64,000 nucleotides of DNA from Giardia intestinalis (lineage: Eukaryota): assembly GCA_000002435.2 (NCBI GenBank), contig CM018792.1, one strand, 5' to 3'. Below, piece after piece: positions 19,288 through 28,685 of the stretch. A model generated the notes under the pieces. That model saw only the letters and a list, made by a program, of their open reading frames with translations, made no database searches and was not told where the DNA came from. Position numbers and translations under genes: made by a program. Numbering within the stretch: position 1 is the stretch's first letter; each line of letters opens with the position of its first letter.

Positions 19288-21852
19288 CTACTCGTTGTCC
19301 TCTGATGGCGGAGGCAGTGAGACTGGGGTTACATGGTTTTTGAAGTGTCTTCCTGCGATAGGTGCATCGTTTCCGAAGCTATTAGAAAGCAAAAGCCCGT
19401 TCCACACTGCAAACTCCGCTATCCTGCCAGTGAGATCTATAGAGCTTGTTATAGTAATTCGGGAGTCGGAATGTATATTCTTAAGCACCTTTTTCCACAA
19501 TATAAGCCGGATGACACGCGGGTAACTGGCTAAAAAGAGATCTCTAAGTTGCACGAGCGTCACTGCTGCGAATCCTGGAAGCTTTGCATCACCAGGCTTC
19601 GCCACCTGAAGCATATCTACCTTATAATCGTGGAGATATGTCTTGATGCGCCTTGCAATGTACCCAGCAATGACGTATACTCCTATCTTTGTTGCTATGT
19701 AGAGTGAGCCAGCAATGGATACCGTGCATTGAAGTATTTTTCCTAGAGCAGCAGCGGGATCTCTATGAAACCAAAACTTGAACTTGCATTCTAGACTAAA
19801 TCGTGGCAACGAGTGCGTGAAAACGTTTGTATTGGATAAAATATAGATGTATTGCTTATGCATGCAGTCCTGGAAGGAGTCATCTGAGTCACACTGGACT
19901 ACACTGCGTATATTTCTGGCTTCTTCCGGAAGACGGAACTTTATATTTGGTGGTAGATATACTTCATTGTCTGTTCCTTCGTGCAAAATAGCCTGTGTAA
20001 GAGCCTCAAGTACATCGTTTTGAAGGATATCAGTATAGGTTGTCACCAGATCCTTCAAGGAATCTGCGCTAAGTATGCCATTTGTGCTTGTTTGATTGAC
20101 CACCGAAAATATCAGTGAGTTGCGACGGAGAAATCTGCTGATGGTCCTAGTCTGTAGTAGAGGTAGACTAGTGTCCACTGTGATTTTGCGGCCTCTAGAC
20201 CTGCAAAACAGGCTGCCCTTGTATGCCTGAAGCTCATGATCAAGAGCCTGGAGAAGAGAAGATAGTTTTGTAGTCACCCCACTTGCTCGCTGGCAACGCA
20301 TACGCCTACGCAGAACAGGGGCGCGTGTCATAAAGCCATAGCTATACTGTATTTGAGATAAGCTATAGCTATCATCACCGTTGATGTCTGATGACCGTGA
20401 TGCAGCGTCACTCATATGTTTGTACGCACCTGGCATCCAGCGAGCCATGGCGTTGTTACCAATTGCACTGAAGAAGTTTCGTGCGGAAACAAAGGAGACT
20501 TGGGGGTAAAATGAATTATTGGAAGGGGCCCTTTGATAGCCAGGCATGCAAGACGTCAGGAGTCCACCTGAGCAGGTGCCAAAGGTCGGACATGGCTCTG
20601 TAATACCATACTGAGCAGATGTGTGTGTCAATGTCTCTGTGTATACCGGACCAGAGAAAATGCATGCGAAAAGTACGCTGATTACGTGCGAAATGACGGG
20701 TATCTGTGGCTTTACCGGGTCTGAGGCAAGGGAGAACAACTGATATGATACAACTAGTAAGACGAAAATGAAAGACAATCGAACTAACGTAGGATGTGAG
20801 TGTATGGTAGTCTTGAAATTATAGGCATTGTGTTCATCCTCGTACTGTTTGCCTTTATACAGTGGCTGTGTTTCTTGTAAGAGTGTGTCACGTCTCTTGG
20901 TTGATTTGTGTGTAAGATTCTTGTCTGGAACGTGCACGGTTGACCCACGGTGACTATGTACACTTCTCTCCAGCTGCACACGTCCATATGCAGTGTGAGA
21001 AGCATCCCTAGGTATAGATGATGATCCTATGTGAGGGTACGGGTTTGTAGGTGCCTCTATTCTGATGGTGGGGGTTTTGACCGGAAACTGCCCGGCACCT
21101 TCACTCTTGCACAACTCCTTCTGGCTCTCGACACGTTTTTCTTTACTTTTACTTCTGTGCCTCTCGCTACTTTTATGCTTTTTGGTTGTGTTCTTGGAAC
21201 TGTGCTTCATCTCTGCATGGACTTGCATCTGAGAGCTAGAGTGCTTATCCCTACCTTTATCTATATATGATGATTTGCGGAGCACAGACCTTGCTATCTC
21301 TTGTTGGTCAACAGGAGATACTGTCAGAGTTGTTTTAGATTTCTCAGTCTGAGACTTTCCATCTAGTTTAGAAGAACCAGTAGAAGGTGCTGAAGCTGTA
21401 CTATCCTTTCGCTCCCCTGGAGTCCGCTCAACTCCGTACGGATTTTTCATCCTTTTCAAAGGTGACACGGGCTTGGCAGCATCTACTTCGTTTTCACGGA
21501 CAAGTTGCTCATGTAATGCATAATCGTTGAAGGCTCCTGTGAAGTCAAAGGCAGACTGCGTGAGATCACCTCTCCCCACTTTGCTATAGTTTAAGTTCTG
21601 ATTTACGGCAACAAGCTGTTCATCGATAGCATCTACAAACCCTCCGATATCAAAAGATTCTGATTGCGGACGGCTTCGTGGCCCCCTACTAACAGTTCGT
21701 AAGTAGTTTGAGCGAAGCTGAGCAAACTGCTTTATTAGGGTCGCCTTGGTTGCGCGCTCCTCAGGGACTCCACCAAACTCGGTAATAGCCCTCTTGAGGT
21801 CAATGACACGGAGCCGAGATGGATCTGTGTTGAGGTAGTCGTTGGGGTCCAT
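19288..21852 (-). CDS. HeH/LEM-domain-like protein with two TM segments (putative Src1/Man1-type inner nuclear membrane protein)
   Basis: The N-terminus DPSRLRVIDLKRAITEFGGVPEERATKATLIKQFAQL fits the helix-extension-helix (LEM/HeH/SAP-like) pattern. A long basic Ser/Lys-rich disordered region follows. Two adjacent hydrophobic segments come next (LSFIFVLLVVSYQLFSLAS and VISHVISVLFACIFSG), then a ~430-aa C-terminal domain. Confidence 0.5.
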   Translation of the reverse strand: MDPNDYLNTDPSRLRVIDLKRAITEFGGVPEERATKATLIKQFAQLRSNYLRTVSRGPRSRPQSESFDIGGFVDAIDEQLVAVNQNLNYSKVGRGDLTQSAFDFTGAFNDYALHEQLVRENEVDAAKPVSPLKRMKNPYGVERTPGERKDSTASAPSTGSSKLDGKSQTEKSKTTLTVSPVDQQEIARSVLRKSSYIDKGRDKHSSSQMQVHAEMKHSSKNTTKKHKSSERHRSKSKEKRVESQKELCKSEGAGQFPVKTPTIRIEAPTNPYPHIGSSSIPRDASHTAYGRVQLERSVHSHRGSTVHVPDKNLTHKSTKRRDTLLQETQPLYKGKQYEDEHNAYNFKTTIHSHPTLVRLSFIFVLLVVSYQLFSLASDPVKPQIPVISHVISVLFACIFSGPVYTETLTHTSAQYGITEPCPTFGTCSGGLLTSCMPGYQRAPSNNSFYPQVSFVSARNFFSAIGNNAMARWMPGAYKHMSDAASRSSDINGDDSYSLSQIQYSYGFMTRAPVLRRRMRCQRASGVTTKLSSLLQALDHELQAYKGSLFCRSRGRKITVDTSLPLLQTRTISRFLRRNSLIFSVVNQTSTNGILSADSLKDLVTTYTDILQNDVLEALTQAILHEGTDNEVYLPPNIKFRLPEEARNIRSVVQCDSDDSFQDCMHKQYIYILSNTNVFTHSLPRFSLECKFKFWFHRDPAAALGKILQCTVSIAGSLYIATKIGVYVIAGYIARRIKTYLHDYKVDMLQVAKPGDAKLPGFAAVTLVQLRDLFLASYPRVIRLILWKKVLKNIHSDSRITITSSIDLTGRIAEFAVWNGLLLSNSFGNDAPIAGRHFKNHVTPVSLPPPSEDNE

Positions 21853-21907
21853 GACGTCTTTTTGCTTATGGTTTACAAAGAGATGTTTCGCTTATGATTT
21901 GCGAGGT

Positions 21908-22489
21908 TTAGGAGTCTTGTTGAAGATCGGTATCTAAAACATCTACTGCGTCTGTATATCCTCTCTTTAAAGCCCAGTCTCTAGCACTCTTAAGATCAGC
22001 AAACTGTGCATGCTTGGAAATCTTGGCAACAATATCTTTGCTACATCGTGCTATTGCCCGTAGAAGAGTAAGGGGAGCGGAACACTCCTCGGGGACATGC
22101 AAAAGAAGATCGATGGCAGCTGGATTCTGGCAATCGAGCCCCCATGTCAGGGCAGTCCAACCCATGAAACAGCGAATGCCAACTTCGTGTTCTAGAAGCA
22201 ATGAAATAATGTCTACACTTCCGCGTTTGGCTGCATGCATGAGAGCTGTGCAGCCAAAGTTGTCCTGTATCTTGGCTTCACACGGGGCGAGGAGCCGCGT
22301 ACACTCCAGCTGCTCATTCATGACTGCCAACATGAGCGCAGTATAACCGTGTCTATCCTGCTGCCCCTTTTGTTTGAGGTATCTTTGAACGCTCTTCGCA
22401 TCTCCTTTTATCGCTGCAGACATCAAGAGCGTATGCTCTGTGGGTGGGACATCATCTTCAAAAATGGACCGCACGACAGCTGCAGTCAT
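21908..22489 (-). CDS. ankyrin-repeat protein (protein 21.1-like, short)
   Basis: Repeated G.TALM.A...G motifs are visible (HGYTALMLAVMNEQLECTRLL, GCTALMHAAKRGSVDIISLLL, GWTALTWG). The track start is a TTG. The first ATG is at 22487-22489. Confidence 0.6.
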   Translation of the reverse strand: MTAAVVRSIFEDDVPPTEHTLLMSAAIKGDAKSVQRYLKQKGQQDRHGYTALMLAVMNEQLECTRLLAPCEAKIQDNFGCTALMHAAKRGSVDIISLLLEHEVGIRCFMGWTALTWGLDCQNPAAIDLLLHVPEECSAPLTLLRAIARCSKDIVAKISKHAQFADLKSARDWALKRGYTDAVDVLDTDLQQDS

Positions 22490-22637
22490 GGGCGGCAAAG
22501 TTCACTACAATTAATTTTACCGCTCAACTCCAGTCAGCAAAGCGAAGCAAGACAACCGAGAGTTACACATAGCACACACGTTCAGCTACGCATTAGCGTA
22601 ATGGTACCTAAGTAGATTTAAGTGTAGACCCGTGGAC

Positions 22638-23093
22638 TCAGTCTCTATGGGAACCCTTGTCCTTAACGGCATGCTTCTTTTCGCGCCACTCCCGCATTTT
22701 CTCCCGCTTTGCAGCTGTTGTTCGTTCTGTCCGCATCTTTCGCCGCGCCTTTTCTTCCTTACGCTGCCGGTGGTGCTCGTCTCTCTCTGCCTTCAACTCT
22801 TTCACAAACTCTGCTCTCTCTGCCTGCCACGCCTCTTCAGTTGCGAAATGTTCTGGGGTCTCCTGATGCGCCATAGCTTCTTCTTCCGTTTTAAACTTCA
22901 GCTTGCAAGACTGACAGTAGTAGTACTCATCTTCATCACTATTTTCAAAGAGGTCATTGAATTCATCGAGTATGTAAAGGTGCTTCTCTTCCGCTGTCAA
23001 GGTAGCTGGGTCTATCTCGTCATTGCTACTAATGTCGTCACTAATCTCAGGCGTGGGATCTTTAGGTTTGGACAGTTGTTTCCAGAGGGACAT
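22638..23093 (-). CDS. U1/matrin-type C2H2 zinc-finger protein with highly charged C-terminus
   Basis: YYCQSCKLKFKTEEEAMAHQETPEH matches the U1-like finger pattern. An acidic N-terminus and an R/K/E-rich tail flank it. ATG at 23091-23093. Confidence 0.55.
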   Translation of the reverse strand: MSLWKQLSKPKDPTPEISDDISSNDEIDPATLTAEEKHLYILDEFNDLFENSDEDEYYYCQSCKLKFKTEEEAMAHQETPEHFATEEAWQAERAEFVKELKAERDEHHRQRKEEKARRKMRTERTTAAKREKMREWREKKHAVKDKGSHRD

Positions 23094-23342
23094 TTGAAGC
23101 TTGAGTTTTTTGATTTCATTTATTCTACTCAGGCGTCCTACGAGGCAGGGATCTTGGAATATTCAGCCGCATCTCTAACGCTGAACCATATGTTGCAGGT
23201 TATAGATATATGTTTAGCTTTTACTGAACGATGTGTTCACTAACTATGCACATAACGGCTAATATTAAGGAAAAGGCATCAAGTATATGAAGTACACCTC
23301 AGCGTACTATGCATAGACGCAAAAAGGCTTGCTTCTAAATGC

Positions 23343-25604
23343 CTACGAGTCTTCTACAAATAAAAGCTCTAAAGTTACCTTGTTACACTTGGGACAAACA
23401 GGATTGCTGGCCAGCTTAACAGACCTCTTAGGGTCAATAATCATGTGGCAGCATGGAATGGCGATTGCTACGGGGACCCCCGGCGGAGGCAACACAGGAC
23501 CCTTAGGTTTAGAAGCGTTGGCATTAAGCTGCTTCATGAGCTTCATGAGCTCATCTGCAGTTTGCTGGCTTGCTGTGCAGCGTATTTGAAGTTCTCTGTG
23601 CTCTTGTTCGCATGCCTGGAGTTTTGCTTGGAGCTGGGATATTTCCTGTCGCTGACCTCTTACCTGTGCTATGAGCATAGTGCTTGTCTTGTTCCTTACT
23701 GCCTCGTCAATACTGTCCTGCGATGCCTGGGCTGCGTGCTCGTCGAGTAACTTGGTCTTTGTTCTCATGGCGCTCAGTTCATTTTCCTTAAGGATTACAC
23801 GGCGTTCTAGCGCATAGTTAAGCTCCTCTAGGCCACGTATCTCCAAGTTCATTGCATCTATTTCTCGCTGCTTGTCATCAATTTGCTCTTCAAGAGAGTG
23901 CAGCTCTAGAATCCTAGCTTCTGCACTTTGCTTTGTGTGTGTTGCTGCAGTACCCTGTAATTGATATGAGTCGCTGTATATTTGTCTAGTTGTATCGGCA
24001 CGGCTTAGCTGCGCTCGGTACACTTCGCACTCCTTCTCCTTAATCCGAATCTGGTCAGAAAGCACGGTTAGCTCCTTGATAAGGTCGTGGATATCTGCAT
24101 TAACTTTGCGTATCTCTTCGCGTGTATTTGTATCTGCCTGTGAGTATGCGTGGCTGAGCATTGACCTTCCATCTGCAGTCACATTGTCTTCTACGGATAT
24201 GCTCGTCAAAGACGGTGCGTCATCAGCTGGTGGGGCAGGTATGCTGCCTTGCATCTCTGAGCGGGGCTGTGCAACATTTTTATAAACCAGTGGACGGGGC
24301 AGTGTTCCTGCGACTGGTGTGTGCTTAATAAAGACATTAGATATTGGGCTGGAAGCTATGCGTGGGTCGTCAATAATGTATGTCACGGGTTTCTCTGCAG
24401 TTGCATCACTTTTCTTCGGAGTGGCTTCTGAGCTGAGTGGAGAAAGATACTTTTGGGCTGTCTCCTTCTGCCATGAATACGGCTCATTGAGTGATGGGGT
24501 CCCAGTGGCTGACACCTTAGCATTCCAAGAGGAATCGGTGTATTTTTTAGCCAAGCCCACGGCATCTACGGGCTGCAACTTTATGTCAGCTTGCTCTACT
24601 TTTTCTACTTGCTCATCCAATGAAGTAATAGGATCAGCCTGCTGAGGGGGGCTCCTATCTTTTGGTTGGGCAAGGATGTAAGGCATAGGTATTCCAGACG
24701 ATTGTCCCTCCTGCGTTGACACCATAGCATCCGTCATAAAGGAAACAGCAGTTGAGTCTGTAAAGGAGGTTTTAGATAAGTTCATAGATCCTCGTTTGCT
24801 GGGTGAAGGATCCCGAATCGCAATGCTCGAATCCCTCGTTCGTGACACGGAAGTTGGTGAATGAGTTCGTGATCGGTCTCGTATTGATGCCCTCTGCCGG
24901 ACAGTCTGTTCACGCTCAGTCATGGATGAAAATGCAGACGTTGTGCTTGCACCCAGGATGCCAGATGACTCTGCAGCTAGGTGATGTATGATCGCAACAT
25001 CCTCTCCACCGCTGGAGTCTTGAAGCACAGAGGCAGCAAAACGCCCTTGACCCAATAAGTCCTCTTCCTCGGTAAGGATGGCCATGACGCCACTATGGCC
25101 GCCAAGCTCTGCATAGTGGATGGCAGCCTTGCCCTTGTTGTTCGTCATGTGTTTTTCGTACTCTACAAGGGTTGCAACGACGGCATCATGTCCTGCCTCC
25201 GCAGCGTACATCATGGCGGTCTTTCCCTCGTCGTTCTGCATGCATTTCTCTAGCTCCACAAGGTCGAGAACGACGTCATAGTGACCCGCTTCTGCTGCAT
25301 ACATCATGGCAGTTTTTCCTCTTTTGTTCAGTAATTTTCCTTCTCGAGAAGCCAGAATGCTTACTATATCTTTAGACCCATTCTTGGCTGCACACATCAG
25401 TGCAGTGAGACCTTGTGCATTCACACTTCTCGCCTCTAGAGGAGCCAATATTTCCGCTATCTGAGTGTTACCCGCCTTTGCTGCCAAAATAAGGGCAGTG
25501 TTGCCCTTCGAGTCTGCTCCTCCTGCTAGATGCTTGTTCTGTTGAACCTGGTCAACATTCTCAGCTCGAACCGCTTCTATGAGAGGGTTGTCAACTGCGT
25601 TCAT
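23343..25604 (-). CDS. protein 21.1-type: N-terminal ankyrin repeats + long coiled coil + C-terminal Cys/His motif
   Basis: There are about 7 ankyrin repeats (G.TALM.AA..GH...). A Ser-rich linker follows, then about 200 aa of coiled coil. The C-terminus is PCCHMIIDPKRSVKLASNPVCPKCNKV. Confidence 0.75.
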   Translation of the reverse strand: MNAVDNPLIEAVRAENVDQVQQNKHLAGGADSKGNTALILAAKAGNTQIAEILAPLEARSVNAQGLTALMCAAKNGSKDIVSILASREGKLLNKRGKTAMMYAAEAGHYDVVLDLVELEKCMQNDEGKTAMMYAAEAGHDAVVATLVEYEKHMTNNKGKAAIHYAELGGHSGVMAILTEEEDLLGQGRFAASVLQDSSGGEDVAIIHHLAAESSGILGASTTSAFSSMTEREQTVRQRASIRDRSRTHSPTSVSRTRDSSIAIRDPSPSKRGSMNLSKTSFTDSTAVSFMTDAMVSTQEGQSSGIPMPYILAQPKDRSPPQQADPITSLDEQVEKVEQADIKLQPVDAVGLAKKYTDSSWNAKVSATGTPSLNEPYSWQKETAQKYLSPLSSEATPKKSDATAEKPVTYIIDDPRIASSPISNVFIKHTPVAGTLPRPLVYKNVAQPRSEMQGSIPAPPADDAPSLTSISVEDNVTADGRSMLSHAYSQADTNTREEIRKVNADIHDLIKELTVLSDQIRIKEKECEVYRAQLSRADTTRQIYSDSYQLQGTAATHTKQSAEARILELHSLEEQIDDKQREIDAMNLEIRGLEELNYALERRVILKENELSAMRTKTKLLDEHAAQASQDSIDEAVRNKTSTMLIAQVRGQRQEISQLQAKLQACEQEHRELQIRCTASQQTADELMKLMKQLNANASKPKGPVLPPPGVPVAIAIPCCHMIIDPKRSVKLASNPVCPKCNKVTLELLFVEDS

Positions 25605-25655
25605 CCCAGTAACAATTAAGTAAATTCTCTCATTTACTCAAGTATTGTAAAAAGT

Positions 25656-26606
25656 TCACACTGTGTTTTTGTATTGCTCAACTTTGAGAATGTCGGTCAC
25701 TCTTGCGTAACACTTGGGGCACCTGTCTCGCTGAGGCACCAGCGGGCTCCCTATTGTGACAATCAGGTGCCTGCATGGCGCTATGAGATAGATGTCCGAG
25801 CCGGGTGGCCCGTACATCGTGCTCGATGGTTGAGTCAATACACTACTGAGTTGCGTAATCAGCCCACGGAGCTCTGCTGTGCTTGCTTCGATCCGTTCGG
25901 CACTTTGTCGACTGTGCTGAATATCTTTCTGCTTGTCTGCGATGGCTTGCCTCAAGGCCTCTGCTTCCTGCATAAGCGCACTGCTGGTGCTCTGGACCAC
26001 TTGGTCAGACTCAAGTTCGTGGTGGCGTCTTGCAATCCCAAACCTTGTTGAGATGGACGGGTCATTGTTCTTCAGGGCGTCTGTGATGGAGCTCCCCTTA
26101 GCTTCTGAGCCAGAATACTCGGTTGTCTCAGTAATTTCTTCTAGCTGGTTTTTCATGATCTCATTTTTTTCGCGTAATTGTGCCGATATGGCAATCAATC
26201 TATCGTACTCTTCGCATTTATTAATGTAAATACCTTCTAGCTCTACCTTTTTGGCTTCGCAATCTGTGATAACCTGTTGGGAGTCCTTTATCGTATCTGA
26301 GAGAATGTTGATGGCTTCCTTGACAGGGCTTATCGTATTATTTACCAATAGGAGCTGTGCTCGCAAATCCGACGCAGTAGAGGTTACTTCCTGCAAAGTC
26401 TTATTGAGTCTCTTCCTTGTGTCTAAAAGCTGCATCCGCCTAGCGTACTTTTCGTCAAGTTGACTTGCATTGCCACTGATCGTGCTCCCCTGGTCCAACA
26501 GTTCAGTAATGCTCATCAAGTTATCACCTTGGCCGTCAAATGTGGATACTGCATACTCCCGAGAGAAGGCTTCGGCCCTTTCGGCCCGATTTGCAACAGT
26601 GGCCAT
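25656..26606 (-). CDS. coiled-coil protein with C-terminal C-x-H...CPKC motif (paralogous to C-terminal half of 23343..25604)
   Basis: Helical heptad-rich body. The C-terminus APCRHLIVTIGSPLVPQRDRCPKCYARV aligns with the neighbour's C-terminus. The track start is a TTG. The first ATG is at 26604-26606. Confidence 0.6.
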   Translation of the reverse strand: MATVANRAERAEAFSREYAVSTFDGQGDNLMSITELLDQGSTISGNASQLDEKYARRMQLLDTRKRLNKTLQEVTSTASDLRAQLLLVNNTISPVKEAINILSDTIKDSQQVITDCEAKKVELEGIYINKCEEYDRLIAISAQLREKNEIMKNQLEEITETTEYSGSEAKGSSITDALKNNDPSISTRFGIARRHHELESDQVVQSTSSALMQEAEALRQAIADKQKDIQHSRQSAERIEASTAELRGLITQLSSVLTQPSSTMYGPPGSDIYLIAPCRHLIVTIGSPLVPQRDRCPKCYARVTDILKVEQYKNTV

Positions 26607-26634
26607 ATACAACAAATTTTAAAACCTGGCTTTA

Positions 26635-28017
26635 CTAAGAGGACTGGAGGTGAGAAAACATGTCGATGAGTTCATCATTACCAGTGGCATCTGCATAGTA
26701 TAAAGGCCCATGGCCCTCGTTATCAGCAATATCTCCCTCCACATCTTTCAGTAAGTGCACAACACTTAACTGTTCGTTTTCAATGGCATATAAAAGAGCC
26801 GTGTATCCCTCTGGTGTTTGCATTCGGGCCTCTTTTGTCATCAGAAGCTTGACTATGTCAGCATAGCCCGATTCGGCTGCAAGCATTAGTGCAGTTTTCC
26901 CATCCAGACAAGTCAACCCAACTTCTCTTTCTAACAGAAGGGATGTAACCTCAATAGAATTAGTATTTGCCGCTTGCATTAGCGCTGTGTAACCGTGCTG
27001 ATTCTGTATCCCGGCCTCGTGTGGTGCGAGGATCTCGACCACCTCATAGTGCATGTTCATTGCAGCCATGTACAAGGCAGTACTGCCCTCCTTATTTCTC
27101 TTCTTTAGACAGCTCTTCTTCTCGACCAGTTTCCTTACTAGCTCTGCATGGCCATTCATTGCGGCACACATCAGAGGGGTGCAACCCATGGAGTCTGCGA
27201 TGTCCCCTTCCTTTTCAAGAAGTAAGTCCAGGAAGTGATCATAGTTCTTGAGGCAGGCCAGCATGAGAGCGGTGGTACCATCTGTCCTTCTCATCCCGAT
27301 CTCCATGCGTAGCTTATTAGCGTAGGTAACGTTGTTCTGCTGTACTGCTGCCATAAGTGCAGTTGACCCGTCCTTGCGTGCTCGGCGGTGCTCAAGCGGA
27401 AGAAGGAGCTCGAACGCTTCTGGAAAGTCCGACTCAACGGAGATTATCAGTGCAGATACCCCGCTGGAAGACTGCATCTTTGCTTCCTTCTTCAATAGCA
27501 AGCTGACCATGTCTAGCTGCTTGGTACTGACTGCGCGCATCAGGGCAGTTGACCCATCAACCATCTGCATGCGGGCCTCCTTGTCAACAAGGATAGACGC
27601 CGCCTCTATCTGCTTACCGACGATAGCCATGATCAAGGCAGTAGTTCCGTTGCTCGACTGCATCTTGACCTCTTTTGGGAGAAGGATCTTCATGCATTCC
27701 GTATGGCCCTTACTGGCCGCTAACATCAGCGCTGTAAAGCCATCGTTTGTAGTCATCCGGGCCTCGGACTGCACCAAAAGCTGAACACAGGCAATGTGCC
27801 CTGTCTGTGCAGCAACCATCAGTGCTGTAAATCCGTTGACGTCGGCCATTCGCGCCTCCTTAGGTATCAAAAGCGAGACAAGGCTGTCATACCCTCTCTC
27901 TGCAGCGTAGAATAGAGCTGTTCTCTTTTGTGCGTCCACTTTCCCCAAGCATTGCTGCAGGACCTCCTTAGCATCATCCGGCCTCCCTGCACAAATGAGA
28001 TCGATGGCGACGGACAT
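26635..28017 (-). CDS. ankyrin-repeat protein (protein 21.1 family), ~13 repeats
   Basis: 460 aa made almost entirely of the ankyrin consensus (TALM.AA..GH...V..LL). ATG at 28015-28017. Confidence 0.75.
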   Translation of the reverse strand: MSVAIDLICAGRPDDAKEVLQQCLGKVDAQKRTALFYAAERGYDSLVSLLIPKEARMADVNGFTALMVAAQTGHIACVQLLVQSEARMTTNDGFTALMLAASKGHTECMKILLPKEVKMQSSNGTTALIMAIVGKQIEAASILVDKEARMQMVDGSTALMRAVSTKQLDMVSLLLKKEAKMQSSSGVSALIISVESDFPEAFELLLPLEHRRARKDGSTALMAAVQQNNVTYANKLRMEIGMRRTDGTTALMLACLKNYDHFLDLLLEKEGDIADSMGCTPLMCAAMNGHAELVRKLVEKKSCLKKRNKEGSTALYMAAMNMHYEVVEILAPHEAGIQNQHGYTALMQAANTNSIEVTSLLLEREVGLTCLDGKTALMLAAESGYADIVKLLMTKEARMQTPEGYTALLYAIENEQLSVVHLLKDVEGDIADNEGHGPLYYADATGNDELIDMFSHLQSS

Positions 28018-28060
28018 GGACGCAACAACCCAAAATGTGAAAGTTATTTACACAAAGGCC

Positions 28061-28654
28061 TCAGGCATTGGTGCACCTTACTGTGTGGATATCGGGAATA
28101 TATTTCTTGAACTCCCCAATCACGAAGGTGTTCATTGTGGTAGTGGATTTGGAGCACCCAGAGCAGTTGCCGTGCAACTCAATATAGACTACAAGTCCCT
28201 TGTCGGTTACTTCGTGCCGCCTATAGCTACATGACCCGCCATCACGAGCTAAAAACGGATTTATGGCGGCTCTTATCAGGAGTTCAGACGCTCTGCGAAT
28301 GTTATTGGGTGCCCGTGGTCCAGTGCTTAGCATCTCTTGTATAGCTAATCGTAGCTCATCTGGCGTGTGAGGAGTGCTAGGATCAAAGGCCGCGTAGAGC
28401 TTATCCTCTATTGCAGAGCGGACTGATGGCCAAATGCCCTGGCTTCTAACTGTAAGAGTAACTCCAGTAGGGCTGATGGACAGCTTTTTAACACCCTTCA
28501 CTTTCATCAGATCGTTTTGAAGAGAAGGTGCCTCTGGAACTAGCCCGTCGAACGCCATAATATAGCTTCGTGGTTTGGAGCTTTGAGATGACGTAATAAG
28601 CAAGTTCCTGGTTACCAGCCCTAGCATGCTGTGCGTAGGTAGAAGTGACAGCAT
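28061..28654 (-). CDS. NFU1: Nfu/NifU-like Fe-S cluster scaffold protein (putative mitosomal)
   Basis: The C-terminal Nfu domain is LARDGGSC...ELHGNCSGCSKSTTTMNTFV, with the CxxC pair. An Nfu_N-like region lies upstream. The track start is a GTG. The first ATG (28652-28654) gives MLSLLPTHSMLGLVTRNLL..., a presequence-like stretch rich in Ser/Arg/Leu. Confidence 0.8.
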   Translation of the reverse strand: MLSLLPTHSMLGLVTRNLLITSSQSSKPRSYIMAFDGLVPEAPSLQNDLMKVKGVKKLSISPTGVTLTVRSQGIWPSVRSAIEDKLYAAFDPSTPHTPDELRLAIQEMLSTGPRAPNNIRRASELLIRAAINPFLARDGGSCSYRRHEVTDKGLVVYIELHGNCSGCSKSTTTMNTFVIGEFKKYIPDIHTVRCTNA

Positions 28655-28685
28655 TGCGTCCTGCGCTCTGTACACTTTGTACACT

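Noticed and set aside
22632-23243. 203-aa plus-strand ORF overlapping the U1-type zinc-finger gene.
   Set aside because: It is antisense to a gene with a clear zinc-finger motif. The product is a Leu/Phe/Cys-rich low-complexity sequence starting at a non-ATG codon.
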